A stretch of 64,000 nucleotides of DNA from Candidatus Aenigmatarchaeota archaeon. Its GTDB lineage: Archaea > Aenigmatarchaeota > Aenigmatarchaeia > PWEA01 > JACQIF01. The notes under the pieces were generated by a model that ran no database searches, was not told where the DNA came from, and saw only the letters and a program-made list of their open reading frames with translations. Both the position numbers and the translations under genes were made by a program. Below, piece by piece: positions 56,623-64,000 of this stretch (its first letter is position 1; each line of letters begins with the position of its first letter). The stretch lies in the NCBI GenBank assembly GCA_016432325.1, contig CP066684.1:384001-448000 (forward strand), written 5' to 3'.

Positions 56623-57249
56623 TCATGGCCTCCACAGCGTCACGCGCAGAGTGCAGTTGCGCGAATTCTCCGTCATCACGTAGCGGTCTATTGAAATCTG
56701 TTCCTTGGCGCCCGCCGGCTGGGCGCCTACTGTCAGGTTCGTGGACTGGACCGTGCAGTTGGAGCCGCCGCTTGTCAGCAGCTGCACGTAAAGGCTGTTT
56801 GGTCCTGTCGAGAGGTTGCCGCGCAGGTCTTTGGCCGTCATCCGCGTCAGCGCGATGAGCTTGTCATCCGCAAGGCGATGGTCTCCGTATGCCAATCCCA
56901 CGCTCTTGATATTCGTCGAGTTGTACCAGCCGTCGGGCTCTCCTGACGTAAGAACGAGCTGGTCGCTAAGCCCGATGAGCCTGTCCTGCGTTCTCCTGAA
57001 CTCCTCGGAGTCTGCCACGGAATGGGATATGGAAGACTCCGCGTGCAGGACGCCCGCTATCGATATCGTGAATATGACAAGCGCCAACACGACGTCCAGA
57101 GAGACGGCCTGTCCCTTTCCCGACAGAAGGAGGGAAAACTGAAACCGCGTTTCAGATTTTCCTGCCCCAAGGGCGGGAAAATCGTTCGCACGCGGCGAGG
57201 CCGCGGCCCCGCCGTCTTCAGCACGTCTGCACATTCGTACCGTCCGCAT
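56623..57249 (-). CDS. Pilin-like protein with palindrome-expanded leader
   Basis: KG|QAVSLD; TSGEPDGW. Confidence 0.82.
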   Translation of the reverse strand: MRTVRMCRRAEDGGAAASPRANDFPALGAGKSETRFQFSLLLSGKGQAVSLDVVLALVIFTISIAGVLHAESSISHSVADSEEFRRTQDRLIGLSDQLVLTSGEPDGWYNSTNIKSVGLAYGDHRLADDKLIALTRMTAKDLRGNLSTGPNSLYVQLLTSGGSNCTVQSTNLTVGAQPAGAKEQISIDRYVMTENSRNCTLRVTLWRP

Positions 57250-57796
57250 TCCAGCACTTCACCTCTATATTGTCACCCGTGTTGTTGACGTTCACGAGCG
57301 CCGTTCTCAGATCCGCGTCCTTTACCTTCGCCGTTATCAGTCTCGCCGATATTATAAGGGTCTCGTTCCTCGGCCCCGGCCACGTCATCTCCACCTTGCG
57401 ATATTTGCCGAGAACCTTGAACGTGGTCGCGTTCTGCACTCCCGCCCGGGCGGCTACCGTGATGTTCGTCTGGAAGCCCTTGCCGCCTATGGCCGCGGCG
57501 TCGATGGCGCCGGACACCTTCTCCACCTCGCGCTGCGCCGCAAACTGCTGGCGCGCCTTTTCGACGTTCAGGTTGCGTTCGTTGAGGGAAAATAATATGA
57601 TTGAAGCGAGAACAAGGACGATGCCTGCCACGACCATGAACTCGATCCCTGTTTGCGCCTTTCCCGTGCACGAGAAGCTTCGCTTCTCGGCATGTTCGGC
57701 CTTCGGGCCGAACTTTTCGGACCGAGTCCGAAAATGTCGGGACCTGTGGGTCCCGTACACCCGCAGGAGGGAAACCGTTTTCACATTCAATACCAT
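57218..57796 (-). CDS. Pilin-like protein with palindrome-expanded leader
   Basis: KA|QTGIEF. Confidence 0.82.
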   Translation of the reverse strand: MVLNVKTVSLLRVYGTHRSRHFRTRSEKFGPKAEHAEKRSFSCTGKAQTGIEFMVVAGIVLVLASIILFSLNERNLNVEKARQQFAAQREVEKVSGAIDAAAIGGKGFQTNITVAARAGVQNATTFKVLGKYRKVEMTWPGPRNETLIISARLITAKVKDADLRTALVNVNNTGDNIEVKCWNADGTNVQTC

Positions 57797-57800
57797 TAAA

Positions 57801-58262
57801 TTACCCCGCAGACGGCCTGAGGCTCTGCACCTCAAGCGTATAGTTCATGGCAACAGAGCCTCCCGAACCGCCCTGGCTGACTCCCCTGAAAACGTACGTG
57901 CCTGCCGCGCCGGGCAGCGTCCCCGTAACGTTGCAGGCAGTCGTCGCCGTCACCGCGCTTTCCGCGTCCTTCGACGTCAGTATCAGCTTTATCGTCCTGT
58001 TGCCTATAGAGCTGGCCATCAGGTTAACCTCCCGCGGAATGTAGACGTCCCTGCGCGACGTCGTGTTTTTCGGCGCCGTGCACAGGAAATTCGCCATGTC
58101 CGCAAGCTCGTTCGCGGCCACGCGCGCCTCTGCGACGCGCAGCGAGGCTGTCTGGTTCGCGAATAGGTTCAGGGAAGTCGCGAGCACCACGACCAGCGCC
58201 GCCGTCAGGAAGACCGCTAGCATCATATACTCTACGGACGTCTGGCCGGCGCGCGACTCCAT
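57801..58262 (-). CDS. Class III signal peptide pilin (QxSxE type)
   Basis: RAG|QTSVEY. Confidence 0.85.
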   Translation of the reverse strand: MESRAGQTSVEYMMLAVFLTAALVVVLATSLNLFANQTASLRVAEARVAANELADMANFLCTAPKNTTSRRDVYIPREVNLMASSIGNRTIKLILTSKDAESAVTATTACNVTGTLPGAAGTYVFRGVSQGGSGGSVAMNYTLEVQSLRPSAG

Positions 58263-58300
58263 GTGCTAGATTGGAGGGCCTCATATAAAACCGCCCGGCC

Positions 58301-58711
58301 TCATTTGGCCGTTATGTTCACGGCCGTCGCTTCACGTTCGACCTCGAACGCGTAAGTACCGCCTACCGACGGCAGGCTGCCGTTGAGTTCGCATCTCGAC
58401 GTGGCCGACACGAACTCGAGCCTGTCCTTGTAGCGCAGGGCGAACGCGACTGTCCTGTTGGCGACGGAACTGTTCATTGGGTCAATGTGAAGCGGTACGG
58501 GAAGCAGTACCTCTGTCTTCGAACCTTGCGGCTGAAGGCATATCTCGTTGGCCGCGTCAGTGAGCGACGTAACGGTAAGCCGGGCCTGGCTCAGCGAGCC
58601 CTCAAAGGAGCGGCCGCCCATGAAGTCTGCGGATATGAAGAACAGCACCGTGAAGAGCAGCGCGCCGATGAGGGAGATGGAAATATATTCTATCGCGGCT
58701 TGCGCTTTCAT
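58301..58711 (-). CDS. Class III signal peptide pilin
   Basis: MKA|QAAIEY; paralog of 57801. Confidence 0.85.
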   Translation of the reverse strand: MKAQAAIEYISISLIGALLFTVLFFISADFMGGRSFEGSLSQARLTVTSLTDAANEICLQPQGSKTEVLLPVPLHIDPMNSSVANRTVAFALRYKDRLEFVSATSRCELNGSLPSVGGTYAFEVEREATAVNITAK

Positions 58712-58750
58712 GACCAATCTAAGGCCGTCCCCGTATAAAACGGCCCGTCA

Positions 58751-59371
58751 TCAGTCCGTCTGGGCTCTGGCCTTGAGTGTCGTCGACGGCGCATAGATGA
58801 CGTTCGTCTCGGTATCGGTGTAGTTGAATGTCAGCTTTACGGAGTAGATGCCTCCTATGCTCTTGGTTATGCCGTGAAGCGTCGTGTTTATGGGCAGGAC
58901 CCGCGTCGCCGTCTCTCCGGGGAACAGTGTTGCAGGCGTAACGTTCGTCACCAGTTGCGTCAGCGTGGACTTGTCTATTTCTGTTACGTTAATCGAATTG
59001 AGCGTTATCTTGTTGGCGCCGTTGTTTTGGACCACCACGGTGAACGTATCGTTGACGTTGTCCCCGCCCGTAACGCCCCATTTGTGGCCGATGACTGCCA
59101 GCTGTTCGAACTGTTGCGAAAGCGACGAACCCGAGCTTGACAAGGAGAATCCTATATCGCCTATGTTGAGGCTGAAGATGGCCACGCCCACGATAACCAC
59201 TATGGCGATGGCCCACGCGTAGTTCATGAGATACTCGATGGCGGCCTGTCCGCGCCTGTTCCCCGACGGTATCTCAACACCACGCCTGCTGGCGCGGTTC
59301 ATTAGATACTCGATGGCGGCCTGTCCGCGCCTTTGCATTTGCCGTATTGGTTTTCCTGCCGTCCTTTTCAT
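58751..59371 (-). CDS. Pilin with tandemly duplicated signal-peptide motif (start 59371 or 59386)
   Basis: RRG|QAAIEYLMN present twice, then YAWAIAIV. Confidence 0.87.
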   Translation of the reverse strand: MKRTAGKPIRQMQRRGQAAIEYLMNRASRRGVEIPSGNRRGQAAIEYLMNYAWAIAIVVIVGVAIFSLNIGDIGFSLSSSGSSLSQQFEQLAVIGHKWGVTGGDNVNDTFTVVVQNNGANKITLNSINVTEIDKSTLTQLVTNVTPATLFPGETATRVLPINTTLHGITKSIGGIYSVKLTFNYTDTETNVIYAPSTTLKARAQTD

Positions 59372-59412
59372 AGTAGCCGTCAACATTTCAGAAGAACAGA
59401 ATAAAAAGACGC

Positions 59413-59943
59413 TCAGCCTGCCTGCACCGTGCCCGTGAAGTTCCTCGAAGGTTTGAATGTCAGGCCGCTCACGTCGTCTATGTACGATACGGTTACTTGT
59501 ATCTCGTACGACTGGCCTACGTTTCCGCATCTGATGCCCCTGCCGCCTGTGGACGTGTTCCTGCATATCTGAGTCTGCCCTGGGAATATGTCAGGCGTAC
59601 CTGTGCAGTCCGTGAGGACCGTCGAGCTCTCGTTGCTGGCGTTAAGGTAGATGTCCTTTATCTGCCCGGCGCCGTTGTTCTGCACGGAAACGGAGAAACG
59701 ACCTTCGCTGTCGCACAGGTAGCCCACGACCGCGAGCTGTTCGCCTGCCTGCGTTATCTGGGAAGACTGCGACGTCAGGGAGTTGCGGATGCCTCCTATA
59801 TTGAGCTGGAAGATGGCGATGCCGACGATGATTATGAGAGCTATGGCCCACGCGTAGTTCATTAGGTATTCGATGGCAGACTGTCCCTTCGGGGAGGGAC
59901 GCCTGTTGTCGTGGGGTTTGTTGGCAGAACGCATACTCTTCAT
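59413..59943 (-). CDS. Class III signal peptide pilin
   Basis: KG|QSAIEYLMNYAWAI. Confidence 0.88.
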   Translation of the reverse strand: MKSMRSANKPHDNRRPSPKGQSAIEYLMNYAWAIALIIIVGIAIFQLNIGGIRNSLTSQSSQITQAGEQLAVVGYLCDSEGRFSVSVQNNGAGQIKDIYLNASNESSTVLTDCTGTPDIFPGQTQICRNTSTGGRGIRCGNVGQSYEIQVTVSYIDDVSGLTFKPSRNFTGTVQAG

Positions 59944-59970
59944 GCCTTAAAGTAAGGGCTCTGTATATAA

Positions 59971-60336
59971 ATGTGGATGAGTCCTAGGGAACTTATGCCC
60001 CCGTACGTGACTGCCGCATTCGCCATCCTTCTGGGCTTCGAGATTCTGGCCGCGTACGCAACTGCCGCTACCGCGCTGCGTGCTGGAGGCGTCTACGGCA
60101 GGAGTCTCCAGTCTATTCTGGCCGCCGTTCTGTTCCTCGCCTGCGCGACTGCCGTGCGTCTGGGCTTTTACACCGGAATCCTGCCCCGCGCAGACGCGCT
60201 GGCCGTGGAGTCCTGCTTCTACACCTTCGCGTTCCTGAACTTCCTGCCCGCGACGCTGATGTGGAGAGGACTTGGAAGGGAGCGCGTCTCGTCCATCTCG
60301 GCCAACATAAAGGAGTTCTACGGTGAGATTACATGA
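59971..60336 (+). CDS. Small multi-TM membrane protein
   Basis: Three hydrophobic helices. Confidence 0.65.
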   Translation: MWMSPRELMPPYVTAAFAILLGFEILAAYATAATALRAGGVYGRSLQSILAAVLFLACATAVRLGFYTGILPRADALAVESCFYTFAFLNFLPATLMWRGLGRERVSSISANIKEFYGEIT

Positions 60337-61007
60337 CGTTCACTGAAATCCTGTATACGGGAAAGGCCGTCCCCATGTTCGCCTATGTGACGCTGACGCT
60401 CCTCGCGTTTTTCGTCCTTATGCGCAATCCGCGGGCGCCTCTCAACCGCATCTTCTTCTTTCTGGCGATGGTCTCCTCGTTCTGGAACGTGGCGATGTTT
60501 CTAGTTCTCGGCTCGCAGACGCCTGAAGAGGCCGCGACGAACTGGAAGCTGTACGAACTGGCCGTCCTGCTGCTCGTTCCAACGTGGGTCAGTTTCGCCC
60601 TGCGTTTTGCCGGCAAGAGCGTCGCGCCGTCTCTCGTGTACGCGCCCAGCATGGCATTCGTTCCGCTGCTTTTTTTCACGGACCTGCTCTTCAAGGGAGT
60701 GACGCACGACGGCGCGTTCTACTATGAAGTGAACGGAGGAACGATGTTCGCCGTGTACAGCCTGTATATCCTCTCGTACATCCTTTACGGCCTCTACAAG
60801 TTGGTCGGCGCATACTTCTATTCCGCGGCAGAGGACAGGATGCGCATAAAGTGGGTGACCGGAGGGATAGGTGTCGTCGTTCTGACAGGCTCCATCGATA
60901 CGCTGCTCTCGTTGAGCGGCGCGACCGTACTGCCCATCGCCCCTGCAACCTCATTGATCGCCGTGGCGGCGATTGCCTATTCGTTCACTGTGGGTGAAAG
61001 CGCATGA
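60333..61007 (+). CDS. Stand-alone histidine-kinase N-terminal 7TM-like domain
   Basis: RNPRAPLNRIFF...W...PTWVSFALRF; no kinase domain follows. Confidence 0.7.
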   Translation: MTFTEILYTGKAVPMFAYVTLTLLAFFVLMRNPRAPLNRIFFFLAMVSSFWNVAMFLVLGSQTPEEAATNWKLYELAVLLLVPTWVSFALRFAGKSVAPSLVYAPSMAFVPLLFFTDLLFKGVTHDGAFYYEVNGGTMFAVYSLYILSYILYGLYKLVGAYFYSAAEDRMRIKWVTGGIGVVVLTGSIDTLLSLSGATVLPIAPATSLIAVAAIAYSFTVGESA

Positions 61008-61282
61008 GCGACATCGGCCTGCTTCTGGGTCTTTTCGGGATTGCCGTGGGCCTCGGAGCCATAGCGGTGCTTTTCTTCAACGCCGACCGTGCCCTGCCCG
61101 CGTACAGGAGGATTAACGAACTGTTTTCCATCGTACTTCTGTCGATGCTTGTTGGCGCGTCTAGCCTTCTCCTTGGATTCCTGCTCTCTATTGAAACCTA
61201 CCCGGATGCGATAGCCGTCGTCTCGCAGATGGCCGGCGCTGCCGTCATCATATACGCCGTCAGGAACGCGGAGGCGCGCTAA
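61004..61282 (+). CDS. Small 3-TM membrane protein
   Basis: Hydrophobic; ATGA-coupled. Confidence 0.65.
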   Translation: MSDIGLLLGLFGIAVGLGAIAVLFFNADRALPAYRRINELFSIVLLSMLVGASSLLLGFLLSIETYPDAIAVVSQMAGAAVIIYAVRNAEAR

Positions 61283-62223
61283 GCGCTGAGTCCAACCAGC
61301 CCGGCGATGAGGCCTTTCGCCACGAAAAAGACCGCGAAAGACGTGGCCAGGAAAAAGGGCACGAACTTCAGCCCGACGCGCATGCTGCCGTCCTTGACTA
61401 TCCCTATTCCGAGAGACGTGAAGAAGCTCGTTATCGCTATGGCGGCGAGGAAGAAGTTTCTGAGCATATCTGCCGGAGGAACCGATGTGGAAAAAGACAG
61501 CAGGCCGAGAGGCGAGCCCCCTGTTCCCTGCGCAGAGGCGACGGCGAATATCTCGCCGCTTGCCTCGACAAGATAAGACGAAAGAGCGAACAGCAGAGGA
61601 GACGCCACGAGAGCCGCGAAGCCCAGGAAAAGCGTGTATGTTGTTGTCGATGCGCGTATGTCGCGCGTTATGTTCCGCATGTCGTTGATGTTGCGCGCCA
61701 TTGCCGTGCATACTGTGTCGACGTTGACCCCGCTTTCGACGCTGCGGCACAGCGTTTCGATCGTCTTCGCATAGAGCTGCGATTCCACACGCGCGCGCGT
61801 GGCGCGCAACGCGTCCACCATCGAGACGCCGGTGTTCATCTCTATGACGGCCGTCGACATCTCGACACCGAGCTGCCCGAACTCGTCTGTCATCAGGAGC
61901 TGCATGGAGTCTTTTATCGGCAGTCCGGCCTTCACGTTGGACGCCAGCAGTTCGAGCGCGTCTGTCAGCGAATCCTCTACCTCCCGCGCCTTTGCGTAAG
62001 CCATGTAATCGAGAGCGAACACCGTGCCAACGAATATTATCACAAACGCCAAAACGGCGCCCGCGGCTGTCACCAGCACGCTCTGCGTTATGAAGAACAG
62101 CGACAGCGCCGCGGCGGCGCTCAGGGGCAGGGCCATCTTGACCTGCAGTTTCATCCACTCCGCGGGCTTAATGCGGAGAGACGTCTTCTCCAGCCTGCTC
62201 CTGACATAACTCTCGTAACTCAA
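61279..62223 (-). CDS. Type IV pilus platform protein (TadB/TadC-like)
   Basis: LTDALELLASNVKAG, EFGQLG, GIGIVKDG. Confidence 0.9.
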   Translation of the reverse strand: MSYESYVRSRLEKTSLRIKPAEWMKLQVKMALPLSAAAALSLFFITQSVLVTAAGAVLAFVIIFVGTVFALDYMAYAKAREVEDSLTDALELLASNVKAGLPIKDSMQLLMTDEFGQLGVEMSTAVIEMNTGVSMVDALRATRARVESQLYAKTIETLCRSVESGVNVDTVCTAMARNINDMRNITRDIRASTTTYTLFLGFAALVASPLLFALSSYLVEASGEIFAVASAQGTGGSPLGLLSFSTSVPPADMLRNFFLAAIAITSFFTSLGIGIVKDGSMRVGLKFVPFFLATSFAVFFVAKGLIAGLVGLSA

Positions 62224-62226
62224 GCG

Positions 62227-63099
62227 CTACACCTCCACAAGCGGCCTCCTGCTCCTCAGGAAGCCGATGGCCGACGCGTGGAACATCAGAAGGAAGAACG
62301 TCAGCATGTAGACGAGCGACTCCGTTATCGCCAGCCCTGTGAAAGTGGACAGCATGACCATGAGCGTCAGCCCCATCGAAGGAAGAACGATTCCCACCAT
62401 CAGGTAGAGCGTGGCCCAGAGATTTATCTCCTGGCCGTACGCCTTTACCTGGGCCTTCGTCTCTTCTGTCAGGTTCTCTATGACGACGGAGAGAAGCGTC
62501 GGTATGTCAGCGCCGCTCCTTATTCCGTTGAAGATTCTCAGCATCGCCGACTTGTATAGCTTGCTCGTGTTCTTGCGCATGCTGCGTTCCATGGCGTCCT
62601 CCAGCGGCGTGCCGATTCTTATGTCCTTGACGATTTCATTCATCTCTTCAGAAAGGTGGCCGTAGCCTTCCGTGAGGAGATCGAGGGAGTCGACGAACGA
62701 CATTCCCGCGTCGAGTTCGACCGATATGTCGCGAAGCGCGAAGAGCAGTTCGCGGTCGATGAGTTGCGCGCGCTTGTGCGCCTGTACCTTCGGGAAGCTC
62801 ATCCAGTACAGCAGCGTCACCGCGCCCATCGACAGGCCTGCGATGAGGGAGAACCCGAAAAACTGCAGGGCCTGGCCGGCAAAAATGGCCAGGGAAAATA
62901 CGGTCAGGAACGCCAGGGAGCCCATAAGGACCGCGTTGGCCAGTCCCAGCGTCGCATACTCATCGGCCGTTTCTTCGGCGTGTATCGCGTCGAGATAATA
63001 TTTCAGGGAGGGGCTGAGCTGAACCATCGCCGCCGCAGGTCCCCTGAAAAACCGCCGTGTGAACGGCAGCGTCTTGCGTATCGGAAACGGAGGGATCAT
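62227..63099 (-). CDS. Type IV pilus platform protein (TadC-like)
   Basis: IDRELLFALRD, GYGHLSEE, GTPLEDAM, SGAD. Confidence 0.9.
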   Translation of the reverse strand: MIPPFPIRKTLPFTRRFFRGPAAAMVQLSPSLKYYLDAIHAEETADEYATLGLANAVLMGSLAFLTVFSLAIFAGQALQFFGFSLIAGLSMGAVTLLYWMSFPKVQAHKRAQLIDRELLFALRDISVELDAGMSFVDSLDLLTEGYGHLSEEMNEIVKDIRIGTPLEDAMERSMRKNTSKLYKSAMLRIFNGIRSGADIPTLLSVVIENLTEETKAQVKAYGQEINLWATLYLMVGIVLPSMGLTLMVMLSTFTGLAITESLVYMLTFFLLMFHASAIGFLRSRRPLVEV

Positions 63100-63144
63100 T
63101 TACCAACCTCGTTCAAAACAAGTAAAATTGCCGCGCGTTTTCAT
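63100..63144 (-). other. Linker mini-ORF cassette MKTRGNFTCFERGW
   Basis: TGA-c-ATGAAAAC...CAATTTTAC...GAGGTTGGTAA-ATG; shares motifs with 8942-8995. Confidence 0.6.
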
Positions 63145-63145
63145 G

Positions 63146-64000
63146 TCAGACACCTTCAGCGCCGCGGTCTCCTTCAGGAGGCTTGCCCCTGCTCATCGCC
63201 CCGAGCAGGTCCTCCTTGTCCGTGTAGTACGCGTTTATGACCTTCGACACCTCTTCGATGCTCCTGACATTCTCCGCGAGCATCCAGTTGAGTATGCGCG
63301 TCTTCTCTTCAAGGTCCTGATCCATCTCCTGCCTGGTCATGCCGCTGAAGAAGAGCAGCTCTTCGACGAGGCGGGCGCTCTCTCCCACCCGTTCAAGAGC
63401 GTCCTTGCGCGCGTTCCACCTGAAGAGGGTGTTTGCCTTGACGTCGACGCGTTCAAACGAGTCGCCGGTGGATGTGATCTCGGCCACCTCAAGGGTGCGC
63501 CTGAAGCCCAGCCGCTTCTGCCTGTACTGGACGAGCGCCAGATGCATGGAAGCCATCATCGTCTTCGGCACGTTGATTGGCGGGTTCAGGAGACGGCGGA
63601 AGATGCCGTCGATGCGCGTGGCGTGGAGCGTTGAGTACGTCGAATGTCCTGTGTCCGAAGCCTCGAACAGGGTCTGCGCCTCCTGCGAGGTGCGGACTTC
63701 TCCCAGAACGATGCGATCCGGGCGCATGCGCATGGCGCTCAGCATCAGGTCGAGCACGGTTATCTGGTCCGCCTTTTCCCCGACCGACGCGCGCGTCGTA
63801 AGCGGTATCCAGTGCAGCGTCTCCGGAAGGTTCAATTCGCGCGCGTCCTCTATGGATATTATCCGCTGCTCCGGAGGGACGAACAGGAGAACGGCGTTGA
63901 GAAGCGACGTCTTCCCCGAGGCCGTGCCGCCTGCTATGAGCATGTTGAGCTCGTACTGCACAGACGTCCACAGAAGCGCGGCCACCTCGGGCGAGAGCGT
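63146..64000 (-). CDS. CpaF/VirB11-family pilus assembly ATPase (5' part outside the window)
   Basis: GGTASGKTS, SIEDAREL, RMRPDRIVLGEVR, TGH, TLHA. Confidence 0.93.
   Translation of the reverse strand, partial: TLSPEVAALLWTSVQYELNMLIAGGTASGKTSLLNAVLLFVPPEQRIISIEDARELNLPETLHWIPLTTRASVGEKADQITVLDLMLSAMRMRPDRIVLGEVRTSQEAQTLFEASDTGHSTYSTLHATRIDGIFRRLLNPPINVPKTMMASMHLALVQYRQKRLGFRRTLEVAEITSTGDSFERVDVKANTLFRWNARKDALERVGESARLVEELLFFSGMTRQEMDQDLEEKTRILNWMLAENVRSIEEVSKVINAYYTDKEDLLGAMSRGKPPEGDRGAEGV

Noticed and set aside
1-64000. tRNA, rRNA, transposase, integrase or intein
   Set aside because: No cloverleaf, rRNA tract or catalytic motifs seen; IF2 and RtcB lengths leave no room for inteins.

Overview
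Archaeal chromosomal window, GC-rich. Gene repertoire (eS26, FtsZ2, GatDE, many class III pilins) suggests a DPANN-type lineage; this placement is inferred. 1-27 kb holds informational and housekeeping genes (rpl7ae, rps28e, rpl24e, infB, ftsZ, tbp, RNase P Pop5/Rpp30, rpl15e, nreA, ychF, trmI, archease-rtcB, rps26e) mixed with ORFans. 27-45 kb and 50-64 kb hold two type IV pilus loci (ATPase, two platform proteins, 8-9 pilins each), separated by gatDE. Three paralogous giant surface proteins in these loci share one scaffold but carry different inserted domains. The most striking signal is a family of about 45-75 bp hairpin micro-insertions at gene starts and ends. Each is bracketed by two copies of the gene's terminal codons that differ almost only at silent positions, even when one copy lies after the stop codon or out of frame (rpl15e, rpl7ae, cupredoxin-like gene, kaiC-like gene, pilins). 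Related cassettes supply a new Shine-Dalgarno site or a translationally coupled mini-ORF. Other observations: probable non-AUG starts for rps28e and TBP, a ThyA homolog lacking the catalytic Cys in an operon with a large wHTH protein, and a four-hairpin GCCC-loop element upstream of ftsZ. No tRNA, rRNA, CRISPR array, transposase or reverse transcriptase was seen.
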